A stretch of DNA of 64,000 nt. Source: Trichoplax adhaerens (lineage: Eukaryota; Animalia; Placozoa). Below are positions 13,465 to 38,771 of this stretch, piece after piece. The DNA lies in NCBI RefSeq assembly GCF_000150275.1, contig NW_002060948.1:891983-955982 (forward strand), given 5' to 3'. The position numbers were made by a program, and so were the translations under genes. Every line of letters begins with the position of its first letter. The first letter of the stretch is position 1. Under the pieces are notes generated by a model. That model ran no database searches. It worked only from the letters and a program-made list of their open reading frames with translations, and was not told the origin of the DNA.

Positions 13465-15297
13465 ATGGCTGCTCTTATCACTGCATTAAGGTTATGGATA
13501 GGAATGATAGCAACTATAGCATTCGTAAATAGCACTCAATGCTATTTGCAAGGTGAATTCGTACACCAGCGTATGTATACGGAAACCAAGGAAGGTAAAG
13601 CTTGAAGTTATTCATGAGCAGTTTTAAGTATTTTCGGTAGCAAGCTTAAAAGTGGACTGTTCGGATTTGCAAAAGTTGCTGACGACTACAGCTCAAGACC
13701 TATTCCGTCAGAGTCTTTGACTGCTGCTATTTAGTTGCTATACCCACTGAATAACATGCAAAAAATTATAAATAGAAATAATCATTCAAAAAAATGTAAA
13801 CAATCTTTTAAAAAGCCTAGTTGAGCTCAGTACGCTGTTTTAGAAATACACGTTAAATTTGTTAGATGCATAGAGGTAACTTCTATGGTCAGATATCATG
13901 CCATTTCAACATCTATACACGTATACTGTAAGAGTATATTCTTCAATAGAGACAGTGTTCTTGTAGACTGCTGTACTATCCGACCACTTAATCATGTACA
14001 CTCTCATAGCTTATCGTATGCAATACTAAGAATAATATTGGAATTACTTATTAGCTTCTTATACGCGTATACAGTACATACCAGATAATATAGTATGACC
14101 TATACTGTAAGGTCCTTAAATGCACATCGTTAATACTAAAACAAGCTATAGAACGAGCTTTAGGATACAATTTTAAGTATAGCGGATTAATAAACCGCAA
14201 ATATGTATTCGTAATTTTGAAATTAGCGTCGACTTAGCTCCATTCGACTTATGATATTTTAACGAGGTGTTTTATCATTATTAACTTCTCAGCTACACTA
14301 CTACAAGCCAGGACATTTGGAACTTGGACCCTGCTAGCTTCCGTAATCCGTATCTATTGCGCATTTGATATTTATAATAAGACGTAAGCTCTCAGGAACT
14401 AGTTCTAGAGTAAATTCATTCTATTTGATGTGTATAATTTATTAACGCCGTTCCCTCGCTCTGGCTTGTAGAGCGTAGAATTTATGCAAAAAATGGATAG
14501 CGATATAGCATGTTTATTAAAAAGCTATATTATCTAGCTCAAAGTACTTATTAACATCACATTTCGTTTTAATTCGACATTATACACTAGGCTAATTATT
14601 TTATATCTGATCAGAAGATTACAAACATACAATATAAATATTCTATTTTCTTGCAATCTCAAGCTGTTTCGGTTCCAGTATATTCAATAGTCTTAAAGTA
14701 TGCCCACTTTGATCTGAATAATGTGTTGTCAGAGTCACATTGCACGCTGGGTTGCAGACGTCAATACTGATATATTTCATACTAGTACCAATAGCATAAT
14801 AGGTTGTATATCAACAGTGTGAATATGCAAATCATATTCGTATTTCACTTCATACATATTATTTGTCTACTATGTATGAAATTTAAATTTGGGCACGCAA
14901 AAAATAACAGAACTATTTGTTGCACTAGACTAGATACATGCATACAAAATTGAATACTTTATTTCTGATATAGGCTCTATATGGTAACGTTTTGGTCGTT
15001 TATCATTGTCTTGGCCCATCTCCTAGCTGAATGTTACATATATCACACTGCAGCCTTTACTCCTGGTGTTATAGCACCATTGATCATTTCCAGTAAGTCA
15101 AAGTCAATTAATGACCTATAAAGCGTATAGTTGACTGTTGGGATGGTACTGTAGCAGTGGTTTACTCATCTCACATGGTATTACAACTTCTATTAAAGTA
15201 TCATAAACTCTTATTGTTAGGTTTATCATCGGTTTGGATGATATTAGCTTATCCCTCTATTACCAATGGAAGTGAAAGCAAGGCTAAGTCAAATTGA
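13465..15297 (+). CDS. ERG28: Ergosterol biosynthesis protein 28 homolog (C14orf1), 4 exons
   Basis: Exons approx. 13465-13594 (MAALITALRLWIGMIATIAFVNSTQCY), 14293-14383 (LQARTFGTWTLLASVIRIYCAFDIYNKT), 14974-15092 (LYMVTFWSFIIVLAHLLAECYIY…GVIAPLIIS) and 15221-15297. Not in the ORF track because the exons are short. Confidence 0.93.
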
Positions 15298-16944
15298 TGC
15301 AAGAAGCCAACCTATTTACTAAATGTTCCTAACTAGCAATTTTAATGCCATGTAGTAGTCTGCTATAGATAATGGAAGTACATAAAATATGCTTAGATAG
15401 CTCACTGTCATTGCTGGCCTCAATTCCAGCAATTGACAAATAAGGACTGTACAATTGTATAATGATATTACGCCTCTGCGTGTGATATTCCGTAGGACAT
15501 AATGGTTTTCTATATAATAATCATGTAGCGCTGTACAGTACGTTGTGTATGCAGTCAGTATTTATAATTCTTTCTTGATCACATATAGTGCAATATATTT
15601 ATATCAATTATGCTTATAGTCTATATAATATAGTTACTGTTATCTCTTGTTACAGCTACTGATAAATTCTTTATGCCGTGTATTGAAGAATTCGATTTTC
15701 ATTATTACTGTACACTAAATCAGAACTTATTGTCAGTAGCTCAAGTTTATTTCTGTGGTCTGGATTTCTATTGCATGCTCAAGCTATCGCAAACTGTAGA
15801 TGCTGTATAGCGAATGTATATCATGAAATTAACGTGATTACGATCATAGAATAAGGCGTAGGATAGTACAGTTTTCTGCATCCAGATGTAGTCCTATGGT
15901 ATAGAATGTAGAATGATAATTTTATATAATTAACGGGTCACACCACTAGACCTTATAGTATAATGATCGAGAGCTGAAATAGCTGTCGCACGCATTTCAT
16001 TCATTATTCAGCTTATACGTAATTAACTGACTAACAGTAACGAGACATTGCTAGCAATGTCCATTGTACGGTAGCCAAGTCAAAATGCATCCTATACTGT
16101 TGTCTGTACTGTATTGTTCTTAAATCTTCAATTAAGATTGAAAATGCAGTCTTTATACATCAATGTATAACAGTACAGTAGATGCAATTTTATTCTGCGA
16201 TTGAAATGAAGTCCATGGTCCAGCCGAGGAGTCGGCAAGGGCTGTTAAAACTGTACTTGATACTTGGTGAAGCTTATTTACAGTTTGTTTTCTATTTCTT
16301 CTATCCAGAAATTATCTAAAACGCGCAGTGCTGTTCGCTATACAAGGGTTGCGTAGGCTGTTTTTTCCCCTTTTTAAATCATTATTCTATATGTATTACG
16401 AATTCGGAAATTAACTGTGCTATCTGTGTCAGGGAAGCGACAGGACGTTCACCCAATATATCCTGTTTAAATGTTTCGATCGAAAAATCAGATGTACAGT
16501 ATTGTAGCTTAACGTAGTAAAGTTGTAAACTTTAATAATAAATGTCCTAAATATTGCTAGCAGTAACTTTGCTCGGACGCTACGAATAAAAACAACTCAA
16601 ATACATGCAATGGAATATATTCTACGCTCTAGTTGTATGCTGCAAAATTTGCATAGTTCAATTGATCAAGGATATCAAATATGTATTGAAATTTTAGTCC
16701 GACTCCTGTATGTTACAATACTCTATGATTATCCGGATGATTTAATGGCAATCACACTACAGTACAGTATTTGTATTCTTGTCCATTTTGTATATTTTAG
16801 TTGGTGCTGACATCACATTACGATTATAATTTATTCCGAATTTTTTCTTACTCTAATTAGTTAATTAATGAAAGGTGCTAAGGTCGAGTCGAAAGCGAGC
16901 GGAGAACATGTGTTCCTGTACTGGGACTGGTAGCAGTACAAGCT

Positions 16945-17225
16945 CCATGCTGTACAGTACTTACTGTATTATACAGCCTAAAACGGTATAAACAGTACTG
17001 TACTGTGTTCATCAGCGCTGACGTTAGCAAAAAAAATCCAAGTACTGTGCACTGTACAGTACAGATCGTACAGTACATAACTTTATCGCTGACTAATCAT
17101 CTATAGTACTGTCCTATACTCCTGTAGGTGTTGTCGTAGACAATGCAGTAGAGTACAGTACCGGATTGTCTGGTTGGATTGACAGTACACTTTACACTAC
17201 AGTACAGTACTGTACTGTAGGTACT
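16945..17225. promoter_or_regulatory. TACAG/CTGTA-rich putative pecanex promoter
   Basis: Many TACAG/CTGTA units, including actacagtacagtactgtactgtag (17196-17220), about 270 bp upstream of the pecanex ATG. Confidence 0.6.
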
Positions 17226-17482
17226 CGAGCTCGCAGGTTGATTAATTACTGCGTCGAATAATAATAATAATTAGAATTATTAATCTAGTCGCTGCTCTCT
17301 TCGAGTTAACCAAATCGTTTAGCCATGATTATAAAATATTAGGATGACTATTTTCTTGGTATAGAATTAAAGTAGATTAGTTTATATTAATATCACCGTC
17401 ATGATAGTATCCTCCATGACCCTATTTTAGACAGTGTACAACTGTAGATAAAGCAGGAAATTCCTACGCTGATTCACAGTAA

Positions 17483-28808
<11,326 letters not shown>

Positions 28809-30551
28809 GCTAAGATTACTTTATCTTTTTATCATGCAGTTCTGTAATAATGGAAATACTAACAAAAACTTAATTTTTACTCAGCTACATTATACGCGTA
28901 TGTAAATTACGATAAATTGTATGATGGCAAATCGAGGTGATTTAATGGCTAATAGAAACATTTCAGTTTTACACAATTTATCAGAAATACAGTACAATGA
29001 TATATTACCTGAATCTCTTAAAATTTAAATGGCCGGACCATAATAATTATACAGAATTTAAATTACGCATTATTGGCGCATCTAATAATTATTAATTGTA
29101 CTCTAAAAAAGTAATTCGTTCAATCTTTAACATTTTCTTGATGATAAATGTAATAATTAATGTATTATAGCATTAACATTGCAGTCTGGATAACTGATGG
29201 TCATAATTGCGGTACAATGTTTAGACTATATCGTATTACAGATATAATGAATCAAGTACTCAAAGGACGTGTATAATTCTATATCGACCGAATGAGACAG
29301 TTTATATATATATTATTGCGTTATAATTATTTTTAGTATTTGAGATATTGATAGTATTACTATCTGTATTATTGTGATTATTTGTGCATTCAACACGTGA
29401 GAAGAGTTAAGACTAAAATCATTCATAATAAAAATTACGGTAATCATCTACAGTAATACTGTTTTAATTCACTTTTATTTCATTGTTATGAATACTTGTT
29501 AAACGAGAACAGTAATATATTTTAATATTTCGTTATGATTGATACAACTACAGTTATGCAATATGATTTCGGTCGGAAATGCTGATGCAATCGTGAAATA
29601 GCTGTTGTGCTAGATGGTTGTAGATGGATACGCATATACGATCGTACGTAGTTGAGAGGTGTATAAATCGGTAATAACCAACAAATGATAAGCGAACCGT
29701 AAACACATCGAGGTATTTCTAGCTTGTTAGCGTACAATATCATCACTTAAAACAGCTGTAAATTCTAATATTCTGGAACGAACCCTATACAATTAGAAGA
29801 ATTAATGCTAAAGTATCTATGCCTTGATATGAAATACACCCGTGCGGTTTATCATACGTCGATATCCAAAATAATGCGCTGAGCTTATTTATATTTACCG
29901 CTCTATACTTCCTACGGCCATTTAATGAACTATTAATCGTGATCAATTGCATGTCTAATTCTTAAATATCGCAAATAAATTACTGCTTTAATAAATTAGA
30001 GATTAGTGGATTTTAGCCTCAGGGTTTACTATAGCGTAAAGCTTCAAATAGAGCGTGTAATCCATAATGAATCTTTATCAACCTTACCCCATAATCTAGT
30101 ATCTTCTTGATCAAAAGTGAATGAATTATAAATTTATCATATTAAGCAATTAACAAAAAGTAGGTAAGTCAAATTAAGACATCATCCTCTGCAATTACTA
30201 ACAAATGCACGGTTAAAATTTCATTTCTATAATCAAACTAGATCAGGTAGCTACCAGTAAAATCGATGGAAAGGATCTACAGATTTAGACCTAAGCTATT
30301 TGTACTTCCAGGATTCTATATTTAGTATATTCCCGTGGTATATAATACATATGTTACCTGGTAAGTTGTTTATACTTAACCGTGCAGAACCTTACAATAC
30401 TGTACATGTTACGGTATCGTGATCTCCACGACAACCGTACTGACCGACGGTTTAGTACTATCCGAGAGAGTGCAGTACAGTCCAGTTCAGAGCTGAGCTA
30501 CCGTCAGGCGTCAGCTACGAATGTGGATGGGTAGTTGGGATTAGCTTACTA

Positions 30552-32211
30552 ATGAAAGCTAGAATTTCTCCGTTGTCGGTTACCGTTTCTTCATGTTATA
30601 AGTTATGCTATACACCTACGATATCACAAGTAAGGAAGCTTCGACATGATCGGCTCTCTCCAGAACGTGATGATGATAGTATTTTCTTAAAGAAGAAGAT
30701 GAAAATCGACGAAGATCGTGAAATCATTTATGGTATTGCTCCATGTCAGCTTGCATTAAAAGCAGGTCTGTTGCAAGTTGAATAACTGCAATAAACTACT
30801 TCTACGATATCATTTACTATAATTTCGATTAGTTTGAGTTGTTCGCAATATATAGTATCTATTTTGATCCTACTGCTGTACCTCGAAAACCGTACATGCT
30901 CACTATTTAAACTGATTAATCTGTCTGTATTTACTGTACATAAAAAAATAATAACGTAACTGTCTACCACATACCTACGTATACATATTTATTTAATAGA
31001 TACTCATGATCTACTTACCGTATGATGATATTTTCTGGGTTTATTAATTGCGGGATTTATTCGGACAGATCGACGAAAAATTTATCATATCTATGTCCGA
31101 GATCCTGCTGGTACACTAAAGCCCAACAAATCAATAGAACATATTATCTTTAAGGCTAGAAAGCTAGGCATACATGTATTGCCATCGGATAAGAGATATT
31201 TAGATAAGTTAACCGAAGGACGCCCTCATCAAGGCGTTGCTATGAAGGCTACGCCACTCCGACCTAATCTTATTCGTCATGATCTCGATAAAACAGCCAT
31301 GGCTAATAATCGTAAAGCATTATGGCTAGGATTAAACGATGTTCAGGTTCGATGATCAATTAACTTGCAAATGCATGAATATCTTTGTCAACAGTTGGCG
31401 TTTTCTGCATGGCGTGCACGATTGAATTATGATTCATTCTTTGAACAGATTTAGCGTTCAAGACAGTCAATAATTTCATCATTAGTGTATTATTAACATA
31501 TTGTTTTGATAAAATTATTATTAGTATGAGAAAGTAGAGTGCAAAGCGTCTATCTTATTTATATGTGAATATAGGACCCTATGAATCTTGGAGCACTAAT
31601 ACGAACAGCTGCTCTAATGGGTGTGAATCGTGTCGTGGTCAATTCCAGAAAGACTGCAAGATTATCTGCTGTCGTTAGCAAAGCAAGTGCAGGTGCAATG
31701 GAAGTTTATCCAATCTATGCTGTTAAGAATCTATCAAAATACCTCGATGTACGCAAATTGAATTATCTTTTACGAGTATTTATCTGTTTTTATCAGATTT
31801 ATATAAAACAAATACCTTTCAAATATACTGTATGCATAGTATCTTGTAGAAAATGACTGGAATATTATTGGTACAGTTGGGCACAAAGAAGTTAACCAAT
31901 ATCAAGCTATGTCATGTCAAAATTTTAACCACAATGGAAAGCCTACAATTTTAATGTTGGGTAAGATTTAGGAATATACTGCACTTTCCAAGTTATCCCT
32001 TTCTGTTATTATTGAAGCGCAGCAATTCTTTTATGTATTTATAAAAGGCAACGAAGGATTTGGCATCAGTGCCTCCATCAAAGAGAAATGTAACTCATTT
32101 CTTACTATTCCAACAAGTTCATCATGCCCTCCAGATATTGATTCACTAAATGTATCAGTTGCTGCTGGAATATTATTGTATTCACTTCGTGGACGGCTCA
32201 ATCGCTGCTAA
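30552..32211 (+). CDS. MRM1: Mitochondrial rRNA methyltransferase 1 (SpoU/TrmH family), 5 exons
   Basis: EIIYGIAPCQLALKA, GRPHQGVAM, DVQDPMNLGALIRTA, VSKASAGAME, LGNEGFGIS, DSLNVSVAAGILL (SPOUT motifs). The N-terminus is basic and Ser-rich, like a mitochondrial presequence. Confidence 0.93.
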
Positions 32212-32765
32212 AATAGCAGTAATTTCAATCTTATACAAAAAGATGTTGCATACTATCTCTCATTTAATTATCTATTTCATCTTGACATACCGTTACGATT
32301 AATACATGAATAAAGTTTTTTAATTTTCAAATTTTCTGGACAAGCAAGAGTTCAACAAATTTAATGCTGAATAAATTCTTTTTTATTTTGAAGTTATTTT
32401 ATAAATTTTTTAGCCAAAGAATAATTTCTAAGCATGAATAAAATCTGTACAGAAATAACTGATAGCAAGTCAAATCAATAGAAGACGTTGTAATAATATA
32501 ATCCCATTGAATAAGATTTAAAAATAAGCTGAATAAAATAATGCAGATACGATCTGTATCATTTATTACCAACAACAAGTCAATCAATTCAATTATTATT
32601 GAACTTGATTTTAAAATAGCCAATTTTCATTTTCCTTTTTCAATTATACAACACCTGTCATAGTAACATTCAAAGAATGACCATTTGCAAGCTCGCTTTT
32701 GATTATACTAATAATGAACTACTACTCATGGTAGAACATGCATCAAATATTCATTGGACGCCGAT

Positions 32766-35700
32766 TTATAGGTAACTATCAAATATTGTCATTCGTCCAT
32801 CCCAAGAGGAAAAAGCCTCAGCGAGCTCTACAAAATCCATTGGGCTCATGTTGGATGCACATTTTCGCGGAGGAATCTTTAATTTTTCGAGTACTGTGTA
32901 GGATCCAGGAGCAATTGATCTAAGATAGGCGTTACAACGTCAAATATAGATTAATTATATAATTATTACTGGATAGCAAAAATGTATACACACAAAACAA
33001 GGCAATCATGACAATTATTATTACAGAGCACTAACTCTAGTCTATTCAACAGTGGTTGCCTTCGAGCCGCAAAAACTTGCTGTAGGATAGGATCAAGAAA
33101 TTTTAAGGCTTCATCTATAAACAAACAAATGAAATAAATATAACATGATCTACAACGGTATAAATAAATATTATGCGATAACTGTTATTGGAGTTGCACA
33201 CTAACCTGATAGCTCACAATGCTTTTTTGTTTCAAGGCAAATAAGTTCCATCGAATTTCCCTATATAGTAAAAGGCCCATAGAATGAATGTGCGTAGACG
33301 AGGAACAAAGACGCAACAAATGACAATCAGTTATGGGTAACACGATCAATGTTACAGTATCAGAGTTGTCGCACCTTAATTGCCATACCTCTAGGAAAAA
33401 ATTCGTCGATATGGTCCTGTAATAATAGCATATTGCATTTGTCTATCAGTATCTTGGAAATAAGCTATATCCACTAAATATAGTTTAATGTCTCTTGCAA
33501 CACACCTTAGATAACGTTGATATATTACATAATATATTACTAAGTACGGTAATTCTTCCATAAATTGGAGTACCGACGTGGGCGTATAACGCCTACACGT
33601 ATTGTACAGTATAGAAGAGAAGATTTAAATTTGCTTGCAGGTATTAGTAAATGTACAGCAGTACAAATGGTATATGAATAGAAGTGTTATCTAGAAAAAT
33701 ATTAAGTTAAATGATTGCTAACCCTAGCAGTTTTCTCTGTATAATATGCTATGTGTTGCCATCTGCCCCAACGGTGCAGTCCACTCCTTTCAATAAGTCT
33801 TATCAAATAACTTATAGTAAACCGATGGCCCATGGTATTATTAGCAACGCCAATGACTCGGCCAACAATATCTATAAATGATATAGCAGATTTGTCTTCA
33901 AGTGGTGCTCAACATACTATAATACACATAAAACAATTTTTCCTACAAGTCGATGAGTATACTCTATATACAGTAGTATAGTAAATTTGATAACAGTCTA
34001 AGATACTTTATTATTTGCATGGATAATTTACAAAATTATGCGTAAATAAAATACGTTACCATCATCCCAACTTTTTGGTTTTATATGGCCTAAAATATCA
34101 CCACTTTGGTAAACGGGCGGAATGTATCCTTGATAAAGTGGTATTAAATCTAATTTATTAATGTCACTATAATACGCTTTTAGTCTGCCATCAGAATCGT
34201 TTTCTAATTCCTAAACAACAATAGTGTGGTATTACATTTTTAAAGATATATATCCATCAAAGGGTTTACGTATATAATGATTATAATTTTAAACCGCTAG
34301 TATAAATCCATAGTAGTTAATTGGTAGCACATGTGACGAATTACAGTTAAGGACATTTGGAAGCAAATTCCTAAAACAGCATTCATTTTATAGTAATAAG
34401 TGTATCTATGTTATTTCTTTTTACAGGAAATAGAGTTATGTTAAGTTAAGCGTGTAAATCAATATTAGATAGTAATGATGAAGACCTTAATCTACGGTAG
34501 CCTTGGATTATGAAGTATGTAAATCAGATAGAAAATTAACTTGACAAAATAAATGCTATAATCATTATAACAGTCTACTTTACAGTTATAATATAAAAAT
34601 TTGACTAATAAACAAAGAAGCATATAAAAAGTACTGCACAAAGATATTGCTATGCTACTGTCAATAGTGGATATCATTCTACCCACCTAACATAATCTAC
34701 CACAGTATTGAGAAACAAATTAATTTCGGAATCAAAGATAATACCTTTAACACGGATAAAAATTTCTGGTTGGATTCTAAAGCAACCAGTTGTGTACAGC
34801 CTGCATTAAGTAGGGCTTTGGTTAAGACTCCAGGACCTGATATATTGAATAGAAGTATATTTGCATTTTTGAATCGATTGCATCTTATTTGATATAGTTA
34901 TACATTGTACCATAGTTTACACTGCACTGTAAAAGAATTCTATTTAGAGTATAAATATATCCAATTGTATTATGGCAACATTACTTAAAAGATATTTGCA
35001 ATTGTAAATTACAATTAATATGGCAATGATTATAAAACTGTATTGGTTAGAAGTTAATTCTATAATATAGCTCTAACTTGACGCTATTGCAAATTCATTG
35101 TAACTCCATCATTTAATCAGATGCATCGTCACCAAATGAATTTCAAGCATGCATCGTGTTTCGCATACTGTGCTTGTTTACTGAGTAGAATATTTCAGTC
35201 TAGTACTGTACAGTACTATGTTGTGGTTTAATAATTTACTTGTAGTCTAGTAGGATGTACTTCTAAACATGACTGTCCATTTACTACTCTTAACACCGTA
35301 TCATTTACATTTTATTGATCGTTCTCCATTCATTCTTACCTGGATCTTTCTCGATGATGACGTATTTATGTAGATCGCCGAAACTTTTAGCTACCTTATC
35401 TGCATAATATGGTTATAAATAAGAAGCAAAAAATGTATCAATACATTTCCTGCATCATCATTGGTATATTCATGAATCATCTTAGCCTTGGTGCAAATCA
35501 CTTGCAATCTAAATTGTATCTTCAATGGCAGAATAATACTAAATTCCTGTATACTACGTACCCTACTGCACGTCTAGTACAACTGTACTGTACAAATTGT
35601 TGCAACATTGCATAGGTCAAGTCTTCACCTAGCTGCAATTGTAACCTATCAAGCCTGATGGAAGTGGGTAGGCGTATGACATGATCAGCAGAGACTGTAG

Positions 35701-36017
35701 GAAGTAGCGAATAATAACGTAATGTCTTGATAATTCTACTCTGAGTTAATGGAGTTATTTTACGTGTATCAATTCGCCCCAAAGTGATTCAATAACTGTA
35801 TCCTCAACATCGATGGCTTTACCGAGGTATACTGTCCAAAGTTTATCAAGCTGCATATCCTAACAAATTGTTCTTCTTATTCTATCACCTTACCTGCAGT
35901 CTGTGGATTAATAAGATGCCTATGAGATGCTTTGATATTACGTTTATAATATCCAACAAATTTTTTCTCCAAATCTTGAATAGTTAACTGAGGTAAAATT
36001 CGCCTAGCTGCTGCCAT
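32766..36017 (-). CDS. TFB2M: Mitochondrial transcription factor B2 / dimethyladenosine transferase 2-like, about 10 exons
   Basis: Stitched minus-strand exons give MAAARRILPQL…VIIEKDPGPGVLTKALLNAGCTQLVALESNQKFLSVLKELENDSDGRLKAYYSDINKLD…KPKSWDDDIVGRVIG…SGLHRWGR…YGRITVLSNILC…SIAPGS…MSPMDFVELAEAFSSW…YL*. The pattern resembles TFB2M more than TFB1M. An in-frame upstream ATG lies at 36065. Confidence 0.82.
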
Positions 36018-36066
36018 CTTTGCCACATTCAATATTGCAGCCTGGAGACCCTGTATGAGAGACATC

Positions 36067-36190
36067 TACAGTACAGTATTGAATGTTCAATACTGTAGTC
36101 ATGGTACTGTACATACTGTACAGTACGGTACGAACACTATAGAAGGTTTCTAGTGTACTGTACTGTACACTGTACTGTACAGTACAGTAG
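36067..36190. promoter_or_regulatory. TACAG/CTGTA array at the TFB2M promoter
   Basis: ctacagtacagta…gtactgtacatactgtacagtacggtac…gtactgtactgtacactgtactgtacagtacagtag, 50-170 bp upstream of the ATG. Confidence 0.7.
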
Positions 36191-38357
36191 GCTATTGTAG
36201 CTCTCTGTTCACGTGCTTGCAATTAGCAGCGTCTGCTGCGCCTGCGTACAGTCATGAACACCTTGCAGAAGGCCTGGACTGATCCTTTCCTCGGACAGAC
36301 GGACTTTCCTTACCTAATAAAGGCCGCCAATAATGGAAAAAAATAGCTACTTACTATTGCATGCATCTTCCGTGTCTGTTTTCTAAATCGCTGGTACTAA
36401 TTTAAATGGTATCGACGATCTTGTACAACTATTTTCAAGCACAGCTTTGTAACAGATAATAAGATTCAATGCAATAGTAGCTCATTGAGAAAAAATGAGT
36501 CAATTCAAAATCGACCTTCTGCATACTAAACTTGAGTACTGTTCTAATTTACAGTAGAATGGGGAGGGATGTTCGGCACAGTATGTTGACGAGATGAAGT
36601 TGAAAATGTCTGTCCGTCCAAGGGTGATCCTTGTACACTGTACAGTAGGTCAAGGACTAGTTATAAAAGAAGAAAGAGTCCGGATCTAGGTCTTCTTCTA
36701 GTACTTTCAGTCATGTTTCAGTGTTTCACTAGTAGTGGATAGTGAACAGTGTACAGCAGTCCAGGAGTCCGTAATACAAAATGTCTGCTAGAATCAAGAG
36801 GGACCCGGAAATGGCGAAGACCAACTATTTTACTGGTCTTCCAATAGTATCGTGTGTCTGTAGTCGCACAGTACATTGTTACGATAGCAGCAAGTGTAGC
36901 AATATGAGATTTACTGTACTGTATTTAGTAGTGCACGAAATTGAAATTTTCGATCATTGTAAAACAAGGAGTTTCTCTTTTAGAAATTGCTGAGTGTACA
37001 GTGTCTACCAACTTCCTTCTTATTATTCGCAGTATTTGGCCATCAAGCACGCCGTATTTTGTGCCAAAAAGATGACCGTCTGCACCGCTATGAATGGTCG
37101 ACTCATCAACCATTCTCTACAGTATTGTATGATTGCGCCAACAGAAAGAATATAATTAATGAATTATTCAAAATTGTATAAAAATAATCACTAATATGAA
37201 TAGATTGATTTACACTCGTATGAAAACTCTCCATTGAGTACGGAGGCTTTTATGAAACTGACAATGGCATAAAACAATCTGTTGATCATCAGCATTAACG
37301 CCATTCTATAAACTGCAGTAGTATATCGTAATTATTTATCCATGATGGTGACTAGTGTTGAACTGTTTATTATGCACAGTATACAACTTTTAGTTATTAC
37401 AGTAAATGATAGAGCTAAATGTTCTATTCACATAACGACTCTTTTATTCAGAAAGATTGTAAGGCGACTTAGTATTACTAATACCATACCAGTGAACTAC
37501 GCTCCATTCAGTAGCTTCAAAGTTCAGGACATAGCGATTAAAAGTACTCCAAATGTCATTTTTTTTTGGGGGGGGGGGGGGGAAAACTTGTCGAAACTGT
37601 TGTAGAAGCGCTTGAATGAAAGTGATTTAATTGTAATCAAAGACGTGAATATATATTTAACAGACTGCCACAGTAAGCTCGGGTGGGGCAACGTTTCCTA
37701 TACAACAGTTGGTGTACAGCATAGTAAGTAGTTTTGTTTTGATTAGTAATTACCGTATTATAATTTCATTGTCATCAGGCTACTCCATAATCTCATTGAG
37801 TGGTGGACTGTAATCACTTAATACATGACAAAAGCTGTCGCTAATCTAATGCTATAATTAGCACTAGAACAATCTTCCGCGACTCATAGACGACTTTCTC
37901 AATCAGATGCACTTCTGCATTTGATTTCTTGCAATAAAAGCAATCTGTTGAACTCGCTGTGATTCGCTAAGCTTGCTAGCCAGCCGGTTGACCTAGCATA
38001 AGTCTAGAGAAAAGGATGCATGCAGAATTCATTTACTGTATCAATAAAAGTGGCACCCCCAGTGTGTGCATGGATAGAAATGGGAAAAGTCTCGCCTGGG
38101 GCGAGTAACATCGCACGGTATAGGATGTTGTTCAAAGGAATTGATGTTGACTACGCAGACAGTCGATCGAGTTATCAGCGGAGTGTGCTATCTCCAAGCA
38201 TCAAGGTGTTTGACAGTATACTGCATAAGCTGTTGAATAGATGACGAAGAAATCCATGGCTGTTGCGTTTTTCCGCCCCATAGTATGCATTGACGTCGTA
38301 GTCAGTATTGGATGCAGACTGCAGAAGGATACCCTGGTCGTACAACGATGGCTTACT

Positions 38358-38771
38358 GCAACAAAATGACCGTACGCTAGCCACTTTAAAGTGGAAATGT
38401 GCATTCTTACTCAGTCGGTTTCAAGCTAACGTGACAGTAGAAATAGCAGCATGAAAATGCCTTGAATAAAATCGCATCGTGCTGCACACCGAGTCAAAAA
38501 GCAGAAATAGGGGGGGGGGGTGGGAAATTACTCTATCTTTATCTGCTTTTGAGTATTTAAAAACGACAGCTTTCCGCAACAAAATGACCGTACGCTAGCC
38601 ACTTGATCAGTTTCAAGTGGAAACGTCTATTGTTACTCAGTCGGTTTCAAACTAACGTGAAATAGCAGAAATAGCAGCATGAAAATGCCTTGAATGGGAT
38701 CGCATGGTGTTGCACACAGAGTCCAAAAAGCAGAAATAAGGGGATTACTTCATCTTCATCTGCTTTTGAGT
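38358..38771 (+). repeat. Diverged direct duplication (about 197 bp units, 218 bp period) with conserved hairpins; candidate structured ncRNA pair
   Basis: Copy 1 is 38358-38554 and copy 2 is 38576-38771. Both begin gcaacaaaatgaccgtacgctagccactt and end atctgcttttgagt. Confidence 0.9.

Noticed and set aside
34121-34132. GTATCCTT on the + strand as another U12 donor
   Set aside because: It lies antisense within a TFB2M coding exon and is not at an exon boundary.
36004-36222. ORFs rich in YCTVQYS (also 16878-17078, 60831-61031 N-terminal part, 60886-61203)
   Set aside because: These are translations of the TACAG/CTGTA arrays, which lack stops in several frames; they are not proteins.
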